Positions 47,140 through 58,900 of a stretch of 64,000 nt of DNA are shown piece after piece. This DNA is from an uncultured Acidobacteriota bacterium (lineage in GTDB: Bacteria; Acidobacteriota; Thermoanaerobaculia; Gp7-AA8), in NCBI GenBank assembly GCA_963822445.1, contig CAWGHO010000001.1, positions 576,001 to 640,000 on the forward strand. The letters are read 5' to 3'. The notes beneath the pieces were generated by a model that saw only the letters and a program-made list of their open reading frames with translations, was not told where the DNA came from and did no database searches. The position numbers were made by a program, and so were the translations under genes. How positions within the stretch are numbered: position 1 is the first letter of the stretch; each line of letters opens with the position of its first letter.

Positions 47140-50100
47140 TCAGAAGACGTACCGCGGATTTGCGTGCACGCCGAGGAGCTTTTCGTTGAGGTTCGGGCCG
47201 GGCTGGACTTTGAAGTGATGATTGACCTTCATCCGCAGCCGCGATGACCCCGCGCTTTGCGCGACGTCGGCCGGCAACTCCACGATCGTGACGGTCACGG
47301 GAATCTCGCCCGAGTGCTCCTCCACGATCTCCCGAATCTTGCGCACGGTGTCCTCGGTCATGCGCGGGTAGGGCACTTCGAGGGCGATCTCTTTCACCTT
47401 CTTGTCGCGAATGCCGTCGAGCGGCACGATCTCCAGCGCCGAAAGCTCGGGCGTGATCGGTGATTCGTGGAACTCCGCGGCGTGCGCGGCGAAGGTCGTC
47501 TTTTCCGGTTCTTCGGCGAGCTGCTCGACCGCCGCGTTGAACGCGTCCTCTTCGGAAACGAGAGGCGCCGGAGCGGGCGCGCCACCGAACAGGGAGAGGT
47601 TGGCCTTGTCGACGTCGGCGCCATATTTCTCGCGCTCGATTTCCTTCGGATCGCGATCGTCCTCGGCATCCTCGAGCCGCAACTCGTACGCACTGATGCG
47701 CGTTCGCGCTTCGGGATGTCCGCCGTACTCATCGTCGATGTGCTGCGCGGCCTGTTCCGCCGACTGCAGCGACGCGGAACGATTGGCCTGCTGCCCGCCG
47801 GTGTCCTTCACGGTCGCCGTCACAAGGACGGCCACGCCGTTGTCCAGCCACTTCATGTACTTCCCGTAAAGGTCGGAGAAGACCACCACCTCGACGGTTC
47901 CGGCCTGATCGTCGAGGAAGAACTTGGCCATCATCTTCCCTTCGTTCGGCCCTTTCTTGATCTTCGACTTCTTCATATGCGAGACGATCCCGCCGATGTT
48001 CACCACCTCGTCGATGTACTTGTACAGCGTGTCCGTGCTGGCGTTGGCGAAGAGCTTGAGCTCCTGCGAGTACCGATTCAGCGGATGCCCGGTGATGTAG
48101 AAGCCGAGCGTTTCCTTCTCGTACCGCAGTCGCTCGTCTTCGGGCCACTCCTTGGAGTGCGGCAGCTCTGCTGCCGCTTTCGAAGCCGGCGGCTCTGCCG
48201 CCGCGAACATGCCAAAGAGCGAATTTTGCCCGCGCTCCTTTTCGTCTTTCCTTCGCTGGGCCGAGTCCGCCGTATTTTCCAGTTGCTCGAACAACGCGCG
48301 CCGCGACGTGCCGAGGAAATCGAATGACCCCGATTTGATCAGCGCTTCGAGCACCTTCTTGTTGCAGGCGCGGAGATCCACGTCCTCGCAGAACTGCAGC
48401 AGCGACGTGAATCGCCCGCTCTTCTGCCGCGCCATGAGCACCGACTCGACAGCACTCTCGCCGACGCCTTTCACCGCGCCGAGCCCGAAGCGGATGTTCG
48501 GGCCGACCACGGTGAAGAACATGTTCGATTCGTTCACGTCGGGCGGCAGCACTTCGATGCCCATCGACTTCGCTTCGCCGATGAACTTCACCACCGCCTC
48601 GGTCCGATCCATTTCCGACGACATCAGCGCGGCCATGAAGTGCCGCGGGTAATGCACCTTCAGCCAGGCCGTCTGATACGCGACCAGCGCGTACGCCACG
48701 GAATGCGATTTGTTGAAGCCGTAGCGGGCGAACGGTTCGATGTAGTCGAAGATCTCGTTCGCCTTCTTCTTGTCGTAGCTGTTCGCGACCGCGCCCTCGA
48801 CGAACTTCCCGCGCTCCGCGGCCATGACCGCGACGTCCTTCTTGCCCATCGCCTTGCGCAGGAGGTCGGCCTGTCCCAGCGAGTAGTTCGCGACGCGCTG
48901 GGCGATCTGCATGACCTGCTCCTGGTAGACGATGACGCCGTACGTCTCCTCGAGCACTTCCTTCATCACCGGCACGAGGTACTTCACGGTCTTGCCGTTC
49001 TTGCGCTTCACGTACTCGTCGACCATTCCCGCGTCGAGCGCGCCCGGCCGGTACAGAGCGTTCAACGCGGCGAGATCTTCGAACTGCGTCGGCCGGGCTT
49101 TGCGAAGCAGATCGACCATGCCGCCGGACTCGAACTGGAACACGCCCTTCGTGCGCCCTTCCTGGAACAGGCGGAAGACCTCCGGGTCGTCGAGCGGGAT
49201 GCCGTCGATGTCGATGTCCACGCCTTCGACCGCTTTCGCCGACTTGATCGCGTCGTCGATGACGGTCAGCGTGCGCAGGCCGAGGAAGTCCATCTTGAGC
49301 AGACCGAGCTTCTCGACGACGCGCATGTCGAACTGCGTCACGATTTCATCGCGGTTCGTGCGGTAGAGCGGCACGTAATTCGTGACCGGCTCGGGGGTGA
49401 TCACGACGCCGGCCGCGTGCATGCCGGCGTGACGGGACAAGCCTTCCAGCCGCTCGCCGATCTCCACGATCTTCCGCACTTCCTCGTCGTTCTTGATCGC
49501 GTCGGCGAGCTGCGGCGAATCCTTCTTCGCGTCGGCGAGCGTCACGCCCGGACCACCCGGGATCATCTTGGAGATCTTGTCGACGAATCCGTACTGATGT
49601 CCGAGGACGCGGCCGACGTCACGCACGACCGACTTCGCGGCCATCGTCCCGAAGGTGATGATCTGGGCGACGTTCTCCTCGCCGTATTTTTCGCGGACGT
49701 AGTCGATGACCTTCCCGCGGCGGTTCATGCAGAAGTCGATGTCGATGTCGGGCATCGAGATGCGCTCGGGATTGAGGAAGCGCTCGAAGAGCAGCTGATA
49801 CTCGAGCGGATCGACGTCGGTGATGCGCATCGAATACGCGACCAGTGATCCTGCCGCGGAGCCTCGGCCCGGTCCGACGGGGATGCCGCTGTCCTTCGCG
49901 TACTTGATGAAATCCCAGACCACGAGGAAGTAGCCCGGAAAACCCATCGACTTGATGATGTCGATCTCGCGCTCGAGGCGGTCCCAGTACTCCTGCGGCT
50001 CGCGCGTGCGTTTGCGCTCGGCCAGGCGTTTCTTCAGCCCTTCGCGTGCGACGTGCGCGAAGTATTCGGCCGCGTCGTACTTCGGAGGCACGGGGAAGTT

Positions 50101-50964
50101 CGGGAGGTGATAGCCCTTGACGTCGAACGAGGTCTTGATCCGCTCCGCGATCCGCACCGTGTTGTCCGACGCCTCGGGATACTCGCGGAACACGCGGCGC
50201 ATCTCGTCCGGACCCTTCACGTAGAAGTCGTCGGAGTAGAACTTCATCCGCTTCTCGTCGCCGAGGGTCTTGCCGGTGCCGATGCAGAGCAGGACTTCGT
50301 GGGCGAAGGCGTCGGACTTGTCGAGGTAATGGGAGTCGTTCGTGCCGACGAGCTGCAGTCCGACTTCGCGCGCGAGCTGCGCCATCAGCGGAACGATCTT
50401 CTGCTGATCGGGGATGCCGTGATCCTGGATCTCGAGGAAGAAGTTCTCCGCGCCGAGGATCTCTTTGTAGGCGAGCGCGGCGTCTTTCGCTTTCTGGTAG
50501 TTGCCGCCGGCCAGCGCCTGCGAAACCTCGCCTTTGAGGCATGACGAGAGGACGATCAGCCCTTCGCTGTGCTCGCGGAGCAGTTCCTTGTCGATGCGCG
50601 GCTTGTAATAAAAGCCCTGCGTGAATCCGGCGCTGACGAGTTTGACGAGGTTCTTGTAGCCGGTCTCGTTCGCGGCGAGCACGATCAGGTGATTGTTCGC
50701 GCCGGCGTCGGCCTGTCCGTCTTCCACCCCGGCCTTGTCGAAGCGGGAGTTGTACGCGACGTACATCTCGCAGCCGATGATCGGCTTCACGCCGACCGAC
50801 TTCATGGCGTTGTAGAACTCGACCGCGCCGAACATGTTGCCGTGGTCGGTGATGGCGCAGGCGGGCATGCCCAGTTTGGCCACGCGCTCGGCCAGGGCCT
50901 CCGGCCGGCTGGCGCCATCGAGAAGTGAGTATTCGGTGTGTAGGTGGAGGTGAACGAAGGACAT
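47140..50964 (-). CDS. dnaE: DNA polymerase III alpha subunit
   Basis: FVHLHLHTEYSLLDG PHP, GRGSAAGS, MPDIDIDF, YGFNKSHS. Confidence 0.97.
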   Translation of the reverse strand: MSFVHLHLHTEYSLLDGASRPEALAERVAKLGMPACAITDHGNMFGAVEFYNAMKSVGVKPIIGCEMYVAYNSRFDKAGVEDGQADAGANNHLIVLAANETGYKNLVKLVSAGFTQGFYYKPRIDKELLREHSEGLIVLSSCLKGEVSQALAGGNYQKAKDAALAYKEILGAENFFLEIQDHGIPDQQKIVPLMAQLAREVGLQLVGTNDSHYLDKSDAFAHEVLLCIGTGKTLGDEKRMKFYSDDFYVKGPDEMRRVFREYPEASDNTVRIAERIKTSFDVKGYHLPNFPVPPKYDAAEYFAHVAREGLKKRLAERKRTREPQEYWDRLEREIDIIKSMGFPGYFLVVWDFIKYAKDSGIPVGPGRGSAAGSLVAYSMRITDVDPLEYQLLFERFLNPERISMPDIDIDFCMNRRGKVIDYVREKYGEENVAQIITFGTMAAKSVVRDVGRVLGHQYGFVDKISKMIPGGPGVTLADAKKDSPQLADAIKNDEEVRKIVEIGERLEGLSRHAGMHAAGVVITPEPVTNYVPLYRTNRDEIVTQFDMRVVEKLGLLKMDFLGLRTLTVIDDAIKSAKAVEGVDIDIDGIPLDDPEVFRLFQEGRTKGVFQFESGGMVDLLRKARPTQFEDLAALNALYRPGALDAGMVDEYVKRKNGKTVKYLVPVMKEVLEETYGVIVYQEQVMQIAQRVANYSLGQADLLRKAMGKKDVAVMAAERGKFVEGAVANSYDKKKANEIFDYIEPFARYGFNKSHSVAYALVAYQTAWLKVHYPRHFMAALMSSEMDRTEAVVKFIGEAKSMGIEVLPPDVNESNMFFTVVGPNIRFGLGAVKGVGESAVESVLMARQKSGRFTSLLQFCEDVDLRACNKKVLEALIKSGSFDFLGTSRRALFEQLENTADSAQRRKDEKERGQNSLFGMFAAAEPPASKAAAELPHSKEWPEDERLRYEKETLGFYITGHPLNRYSQELKLFANASTDTLYKYIDEVVNIGGIVSHMKKSKIKKGPNEGKMMAKFFLDDQAGTVEVVVFSDLYGKYMKWLDNGVAVLVTATVKDTGGQQANRSASLQSAEQAAQHIDDEYGGHPEARTRISAYELRLEDAEDDRDPKEIEREKYGADVDKANLSLFGGAPAPAPLVSEEDAFNAAVEQLAEEPEKTTFAAHAAEFHESPITPELSALEIVPLDGIRDKKVKEIALEVPYPRMTEDTVRKIREIVEEHSGEIPVTVTIVELPADVAQSAGSSRLRMKVNHHFKVQPGPNLNEKLLGVHANPRYVF
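48152..48204 (+). repeat. TTGGAGTGCGG-family palindrome (double hairpin) in frame in the dnaE linker
   Basis: TTGGAGT-GCGGCAGC-TCT-GCTGCCGC-TTT followed by CGGCGGC-TCT-GCCGCCG. Confidence 0.8.
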
Positions 50965-51064
50965 GTACGGGCCGCGTCAAGTTTGCGGCACGGGCGTGGA
51001 GTTGAGGCACAGAAGGTTGTGCAGTCTCAGGGAGAAGGGACCCTCGAATCTACGGTGTGTGGAG

Positions 51065-51169
51065 CGTACGGCGGGCGTCTCGCCCGCTTCGCGCCGGGCG
51101 TCTCGCCCGGTGCTCCGTCACCGCGGCGCGGGACGCGCCGCGGAAGGCGGGCGGGACGCCCGCCGTACG
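51065..51169. repeat. REP-like hairpin cluster
   Basis: CGTACGGCGGGCGTCTCGCCCGC ... GCGGGCGGGACGCCCGCCGTACG inverted arms with internal GGGCGTCTCGCCC units. Confidence 0.78.
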
Positions 51170-51170
51170 T

Positions 51171-51908
51171 TCAGATCGTCGGCGCGAGCAATCCCTTGCT
51201 CGAGAGCGACACCAGACGGTCGATGCTCGCCAGGAACTTGCTCCTGACCGGAGGAAGCGGCCGAAGCTCCCAGAGGATCTCCGCGTTCTGCCAGGCCGTC
51301 TCGCGGGCTTTGCGCACTTTCCAGAGCGCGATGACGTCGTCGATGCGGCCGAGCTTGTGATCGACCTCGCCGATCAGACCGGTGAGCAGCACCGTTTTCA
51401 CTTCGCCTTCCACCCGCTCGAGGAGCGCGTTCACCCGATCGAAGTCGCGGTATTGAGCGGTGTTGCGGCTCGGCGGGACTTGCGCCTGAACCTGCGTCTG
51501 AACGTGCGTCTGAACAAGGGCAATGGCCAGGTCGTGATTGATGTGCGCATTCATGCCGGCCAGAGCGAACTGCAGGCGGGCGATGTCAGGGCGTCCGCGG
51601 ACGTCGAACAGCGCGCGCCAGGAACGAGCGGTCTGCTTGCGGTCGCGAGCCCACGCCACGAGCGCGTCGAAGTAGAGGTTGGCGAAGATCACATCCAGCC
51701 GCTCGAGCCATTGCGCATCTTCCCAGCCGCTCGCCGGCGGGTTGTTCTTCACGCTTTCGGTCACGCGCAGATAGAGGAAGTTGAACCATTTCACCCCGTC
51801 GGCGTCGGGAAGGAGCTGGTCGATGCGGCGCATGACGTCGATGACGTCGTCGATCGTGCGCACCGGTTTGGCCGTGATGGCGGCGGAAACGGCCTGATCG
51901 CCGTTCAC
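51171..51908 (-). CDS. DUF5995-like protein
   Basis: DGVKWFNFLYLRVT, FANLY, AGMNAHINHDL. Confidence 0.8.
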   Translation of the reverse strand: MNGDQAVSAAITAKPVRTIDDVIDVMRRIDQLLPDADGVKWFNFLYLRVTESVKNNPPASGWEDAQWLERLDVIFANLYFDALVAWARDRKQTARSWRALFDVRGRPDIARLQFALAGMNAHINHDLAIALVQTHVQTQVQAQVPPSRNTAQYRDFDRVNALLERVEGEVKTVLLTGLIGEVDHKLGRIDDVIALWKVRKARETAWQNAEILWELRPLPPVRSKFLASIDRLVSLSSKGLLAPTI

Positions 51909-52096
51909 GTGCAGACGATCTTGCAGACGACGACGCGCTGCATCTGGCCTTCGACCATCTCCAGCCGGTCGACGCAGATTCGCCGGCAGTTCTGCCCGGT
52001 CAGCCCCATCTCGTCGGCTGCTTGGGCCATGATCCGGCTCAATTGATCGAGCTTCAACGTGCGCTCCTGGATGTCCACTTCACTCGCCTCGGCCAT
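51905..52096 (-). CDS. Small Cys-containing hypothetical protein
   Basis: Stop overlaps the start of the DUF5995-like gene; C-terminal CRRIC...VCKIVCT. Confidence 0.55.
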   Translation of the reverse strand: MAEASEVDIQERTLKLDQLSRIMAQAADEMGLTGQNCRRICVDRLEMVEGQMQRVVVCKIVCT

Positions 52097-52157
52097 TGCT
52101 CGTTCCCACATCGGCGTCTCCTTTTCAACAGGGTCTTAATGCTCGTTCGAGGGACGG

Positions 52158-52853
52158 TCAGCGAAGTTTCCCCCGTACGACGTCGTTCCGCACGAGCCAG
52201 CGGCCGTCGAAAGTCATTGGAACCGGCCGGCCATTGCGTTCGGCATGAACGTGCACCTGTTTCTCCGTAACGCGCAACGCGTCGACACCGCGCATCTCCA
52301 CGACCACGTCACCGCAGCGAACGCGAAGCGGCTTGTTCGCGATCACTGTTCCACGGCAGGGCATGCTTACCGGCTCCCCCACCTTCGCGATCACATCGAC
52401 GCCGTAGCTCTCCGCCCCCCGCCCGACGTACGTGTTCGCGGCCGGCGTGCTTCCGCCGTGAATCACCGCGTACGAGCCGCGCGTGAGCGGAAACGCTAGA
52501 TCGATCGCGCCCGGCGGAACGGCGCGAGCGCGCAGAGCGCCGATGGCGACGTTCCCGAAGAAGAGGGCGATGAGCACTTTCACCAGCATCCGGATCGGCG
52601 TGTCGTCGACCCGTTCCTCGTCGATCGGACGCCGCAGGGAGATCAGCAGCGCGACGACGAACAGCGTGGCGATGAAGTACCGCACCGGAAAGCCGACGTA
52701 GCCCCAGGGGATCGTGAAGAAGCTGAAGGAGGTGAGGCCGAGGGCGAGGATCAGGGTGGCGATCCAACCTGGGCGGGGGCGCGAGGGGCGCCGCCAGAGC
52801 AGAACGCTGGTGATGACGGGGAGCAGAACTCCGGCGAGGAAGAGGTTGAGCAT
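52158..52853 (-). CDS. Membrane protein with reduced M23-peptidase-like C-terminus
   Basis: 4 TMs, LAFPL..GSYAVIHGG, YGVDV, VHVHA. Confidence 0.6.
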   Translation of the reverse strand: MLNLFLAGVLLPVITSVLLWRRPSRPRPGWIATLILALGLTSFSFFTIPWGYVGFPVRYFIATLFVVALLISLRRPIDEERVDDTPIRMLVKVLIALFFGNVAIGALRARAVPPGAIDLAFPLTRGSYAVIHGGSTPAANTYVGRGAESYGVDVIAKVGEPVSMPCRGTVIANKPLRVRCGDVVVEMRGVDALRVTEKQVHVHAERNGRPVPMTFDGRWLVRNDVVRGKLR

Positions 52854-52941
52854 TCGGAAGGGCCGCAGCCGGCGTGTATCATGGCCTCTTCCTTCCGTCC
52901 AAATTCACCAGACGTGTCTTCACGCTTTTCGCGGGTGGCCT

Positions 52942-55900
52942 ATGAACCGAGCTCTGTGCGCGCTGTTGTTGACGATGTTGCTCCTCCCGGTTCTCGACGG
53001 CGCCGCCGCGAAAGAACGCCCGCGAAAGCCGGCCAAAGAGACGAAGGTCGAACGCCAGAGCCCTGAGGCCAAGCGTGTCACCGCGGTGGTCAAGGCCGAA
53101 CGAAAACAGACCGGCGGCCCGCCGGCCGACACTCCCGCGCAGGGCAAACAGCCCGTGAAGATCGGACCGCCGGTCGAGCGGGAGATGAAAAAAGCGAAGG
53201 GCAAAGTCTTCGATCTGCGCGCCCTCCCCTCGACTCCTCCCAGACAGCGCGAGCGGCCCGAGCGCCATGGACCGCCGCCCAATCCGGTCATGATCGAGCC
53301 GCCGGCCGGGACGTCTTCGCCGTCCATCGGCGAGGAAGGCTTCCGGCTGCCGGCGATCGAAGCCGCGGCGCCGGCGCCGATCAGCACCTTCGACGGTCTC
53401 GATCGTGAGAACTGGGGCGCGGGCAGCCCGCCCGATACGACAGGCGACGTAGGTCCCACCCACTACATCCAGGGCGTCAACACGTCGGTCGGCGTCTACA
53501 GAAAGTCCGACGGGTTCCGTCTCGCGGCCTTCACCTTCGACACCCTGATGAGCCAGGGCAACTTCGGGAATCTCTGCGACACCGACAACTTCGGCGATCC
53601 GGTCGTCCTCTACGACACCTTCGAAGATCGCTGGATCCTCACCGACTTCGCCTTCCAGCTCGACGGGCAGGGAAACATCAACCCGCCCGTCGCCTACCAG
53701 TGCTTCGCCGTCTCCATGAGCGGCGATCCGGTGAGCGGCGGCTGGAACTTCTATTCGATCGAGGTCACGGACGGGCTGCACGATTACGAAAAGCTCGGCG
53801 TCTGGAGCGACGGCATCTACATGTCGGCGAACATGTTCGGCTTCTCCGCGAGCGGTACGTTCCAGGGTGTGCGCGCCTGGGCCCTCAACAAAGCCCAGAT
53901 GTATGCCGGAAGCCCGACCGTTCAGATCGTGCAGTTCGACATCGGGAGCGGTGACTTCACCGTCGTCCCCAGCAACGCGCGCCTGCAGACCGGGACGCCG
54001 CCACCAGGCCGGCCGAACCTCTTCACTTCCACCTGGAACTACCTCAACGCGGTCAGCGTCTACAAGTTCGCCGTCAACTGGACCAGCATCGGCCTGTCGA
54101 CGCTCACTGGGCCGGACGTGCCGCTGGCCGGCACCAGCTGGCCGGATGCGGGTCCCGCAAACGTGCCGCAATCAGGCACCGCGCAGCTCCTCGACGCACT
54201 CCCGCTTCGCGCGATGGTGCAGAACCAGTACACGAACCTCGGCGGCACGGAGTCGTTGTGGATTCCGCACACCGTTCGCCGCGCGAACAACACCGGATTC
54301 GCGGCGCCGCGCTGGTATGAGGTGAACGTCACCGGCGGAACGGTCGCCGCGAGCATTCCTCAGGCAGCGACGTGGGATCCGGATGCGGCGAACGTGACGC
54401 ATCGGTTCATGCCCAGCCTGGCCGTCGATCGCGCGCGCAACATGGCCCTGGCCTACAGCACCTCCAGCGGCACGACCTTCCCTTCCATCAAATACGCGGG
54501 CCGTCTGGCCACCGATCCTGTCAATACTTTCAGCCAGACCGAACAGACGTTGTTCGCCGGAACGGCTTCGCAAACAAGCAGCGAGCGATGGGGCGATTAC
54601 AGCTCGGTGATGCTCGATCCCGACGGCTGCACGTTCTGGATCACCAACCAGTACGCCAATCCCGCCGCGCAGACCTTCGACAAGCGGTGGAAGACGCGCA
54701 TCGGCTCGTTCCGCTATTCGCAGTGCACGATGGTCGGCGCGGGCGGAGCTCTGTCCGGCACCGTCACGGCCACCGCGGGCGGTGCGCCCATCAACGGCGC
54801 CACCGTCGCTTTGGGGGCGCGCTCCACGACGACCAATGCCGCCGGCGCGTATGCCTTCACGGCCATTCCGGCCGGAACGTATCCGTCCATGACCGTGAGC
54901 CTGCCCGGCTACACCAGCGCCACGGCGACCAACATCCCCATCACGGACGGCGGCACCACCACGCGCGACTTCTCTCTGGGCACGGCGTCGTCGAACGCTT
55001 GCCTGACCGATACCAGCCAGGCGGACTTTCAGGCCGGCGTGGGAACGGACGTCAGCTTCACGGTCACGCCGGGAAGCGTGACGCTCGGCAGCGTCGACGC
55101 GACCGACCAGATCACCACGAACTACACCACCAGCGGCATCGGCTTCTCCGGGACGAGTTTCGCCGGCCAGACCTTCACCCCCGGCGTAACCGGTGCGCTC
55201 AAGCGGATCGACGTCGAGATCTTCTGCGCCTCCTGCTCCGGCACGAATCCCAACCTCACCGTCGAAGCGCGGACGACCAGCGGCGGCAACATCGTCATGA
55301 CCGCGGGAGGCCTCCTTGCTTCGGCGACGATCGCCGGCACGTCCAGCGGCTCCGGCGGGTTCTTGACGTTCAACTTCGTCACTCCGCCGACGCTGACGGC
55401 CGGGACGCAGTACGGCTTCGTCGTGCGATCGGTGACCACGCGGACCACCGGAACGCAGGCGGTCCTGGTCAGCGATGGAGACGGCCTCACCGGCGGCAGA
55501 CGGCAGACCTGCAGCTCGGCCAGCTGCTCGAACTCGACCGGCCAGTCGAACGACATCGTGTTCATTTCCTACATGAACGTCGGTTTTGCCTCGTCGGGCA
55601 CCTTCGTCTCGTCCACCAAAGACGGCAACCCCGCCTTCGGGATGACTCCGGCCTGGTCGACGATCACCTGGAACGGCGTCATTCCCGCGAACACGACGCT
55701 GCAGATCCAGATGGCCGGCAGCAACTCCGCGGCCGGCCCGTTCAACTTCGTCGGACCGGATGGAACGGGTGCGACGTATTTCGCGTCGGGCGCTTCCATC
55801 GCGCAGTTCAACAGCTTCCGCTATCTCCAGTACAAGGCCTACTTCACCACGAGCAATGCGGCCGTTACCGCGACGCTGAACGACGTCGCGCTCTGCTACC

Positions 55901-58900
55901 AAAGCGTCGCGTGCCCCGGCTCGGCACCGACCATCACGCCGACGCCCGCGCAGGTCTGCGCGAGCTCGACCGGCAATACCGCGAGCGGGCCGGCCGGGAT
56001 GACGGCGTACGCCTGGTCGATCACGAACGGAACGATTACGGCCGGCGCAACGGCGCAAACGGTGATGTACACGGCGGGGACTACGGCGACCGTCACGCTC
56101 ATGCTGGTGGTGACGGAGCCCGGCGGATGCCAGAAGGCGACCGTCCTCAACGTCCCGGTCTTCGGCGTCACGCCGACGATCAATGCCGGGGGTCCGACGA
56201 CGTTCTGCGCCGGCGGCAGCGTCCTGCTGACATCGAGCAGCGCGAGTGGCAATCAGTGGTACCTGAACGGTAACCCGCTCAACGGAGAGACGAACCAGAC
56301 CTACACCGCCACCGCTTCCGGCAATTACACGGTGGTGGTGACGGACAACGGCTGCACCAGCGCGCCATCGTCGGCCACGACGGTGACTGTGAATGCGATT
56401 CCGGCCACGCCGACGATCACCCCGGGCGGACCGACGACGTTCTGCGCGGGCGGCAGCGTGTTGCTCACGTCGAGCAGCGCCAGCGGCAATCAGTGGTTCC
56501 TGAATGGGAACCCGATCGGTGCCGCGACGAATCAGACGTACAGCGCTACTGCCTCCGGCAATTACACGGTCGTCGTCACCACGAATGGCTGCGCGAGTGC
56601 GGCTTCGTCCGCGACGAACGTGACGGTCAACCCCATTCCGGCCACGCCGACCATCACTCCGGGCGGACCGACCACGTTCTGCGCGGGCGGCAGCGTGCTC
56701 CTGACGTCGAGCAGCGCGAGCGGCAATCAGTGGTTCCTCAATGGGAATCCGATCGGGGCTGCGACGAACCAGACGTACAGCGTGAGCGCGTCCGGCAATT
56801 ACACGGTCGTCGTGACTACGAACGGCTGCGCGAGCGCCGCTTCCTCAGCGACTTCCGTGACCGTCAATCCGATTCCGGCGACACCGACGATCACTCCCGG
56901 CGGACCGACGACGTTCTGCACTGGCGGCAGCGTGTTGTTGTCTTCGAGCAGCGCCAGCGGCAACCAGTGGTATCTCGACGGCAATCCGATCGGTGCTGCG
57001 ACCAATCAGACGTACAGCGCCAGCGCGGCCGGTAACTACACCGTCATCGTCACGACAAATGGCTGCGCGAGTGCCGCTTCGTCCGCGACGGCCGTGACGG
57101 TCAACCCGATTCCAGCCACGCCGACGATCAACGCCGGCGGCCCAACCACGTTCTGCGCCGGCGGCAGCGTTCTCCTGACTTCGAGCAGCGCGAGCGGCAA
57201 TCAGTGGTTCCTGAATGGGAATCCGATCGGTGCTGCGACGAACCAGACGTACAGCGCGAGCGCATCCGGCAACTACACCGTCGTCGTGACCACGAACGGC
57301 TGCGCAAGCGCCGCTTCTTCGGCGACTTCTGTGACCGTGAATCCGACTCCGGCCACGCCGACGATCACTCCCGACGGACCGACGACGTTCTGCACGGGCG
57401 GCAGCGTGTTGCTGACGTCCAGTAGCGCGAGCGGCAACCAGTGGTACCTCAACGGGAATCCGATCGGGGCTGCGACGAACCAGACGTACAGCGCGAGTGC
57501 ATCCGGCAACTACACGGTCATCGTGACCACAAACGGTTGTGCAAGCAGCGCTTCGGCCCCGACCACGGTGACCGTCAATCCGATCCCAGCTACACCGACG
57601 ATCAACGCCGGCGGCCCAACCACGTTCTGCGCCGGCGGCAGCGTGCTGCTGACTTCGAGCAGCGCGAGCGGCAATCAGTGGTACCTCGACGGCAATCCAA
57701 TCGGCGGCGCAACGAACCAGAGCTTCAGCGCCGGTGCCTCGGGCAATTACACGGTGGTCGTAACCACCAACGGCTGCTCGAGCGCCGCCTCGTCCGCGAC
57801 GAGCGTGACCGTGAATCCGACTCCGGCCATCCCGACGATCACCCCCGACGGACCGACGACCTTCTGCGCGGGCGGCAGTGTCTTGCTCACGTCCAGCAGC
57901 GCGAGCGGCAACCAGTGGTATCTCGACGGCAATCCGATCGGGGCCGCGACGAACCAGACCTACACCGCCACCGCGGCCGGTAACTACACGGTCGTCGTGA
58001 CCACCAACGGTTGTGCAAGCACCGCTTCGGCCGCAACAACCGTCACTGTGAATCCGATCCCAGCTACACCGACGATTAACGCCGGCGGCCCGACCACGTT
58101 CTGCGTCGGCGGCAGCGTGTCGCTCACTTCGAGCAGTGCCAGCGGCAATCAGTGGTACCTCAACGGCAATCCGATCGGTGCTGCGACGAATCAGACGTAC
58201 AGCGCGAGCGCATCCGGCAACTACACCGTCGTCGTGACCACGAACGGCTGCGCAAGCGCCGCTTCTTCGGCGACTTCTGTGACCGTGAATCCGACTCCGG
58301 CCACGCCGACGATCACTCCCGACGGACCGACGACCTTCTGCGCGGGCGGCAGTGTCTTGCTCACGTCCAGCAGCGCGAGCGGCAACCAGTGGTATCTCGA
58401 CGGCAATCCGATCGGTGCCGCGACGAACCAGACGTACACCGCCACCGCGGCCGGTAACTACACGGTCGTCGTGACCACCAACGGCTGCGCGAGCGCGCCT
58501 TCGGCCGCGACCGCCGTCACCGTTAACCCGATCCCTGCCACGCCGACGGTCAACGCCGGCGGCCCGACCACGTTCTGCGCTGGAGGCAGCGTGCTCCTGA
58601 CTTCGAGCAGCGCGAGTGGCAATCAGTGGTACCTCAGCGGCAACCCGATCAACGGTGCCACGAACCAGACCTTCGACGCCGGCGCATCAGGCAATTACAC
58701 CGTCGTCGTCACCACGAACAACTGTGCCAGCGCCGCTTCGTCGGCAACTGCGGTGACCGTGAATCCGACTCCGGCCACGCCGACGATCACTCCAGACGGA
58801 CCGACGACCTTCTGCACCGGCGGCAGCGTCCTGCTCACGTCGAGCAGCGCCAGCGGCAATCAGTGGTACCTCAACGGCAATCCGATCGGCGGAGAGACCA

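Noticed and set aside
47450-47800. Intein in dnaE
   Set aside because: No C/S start with HN end or splicing motifs
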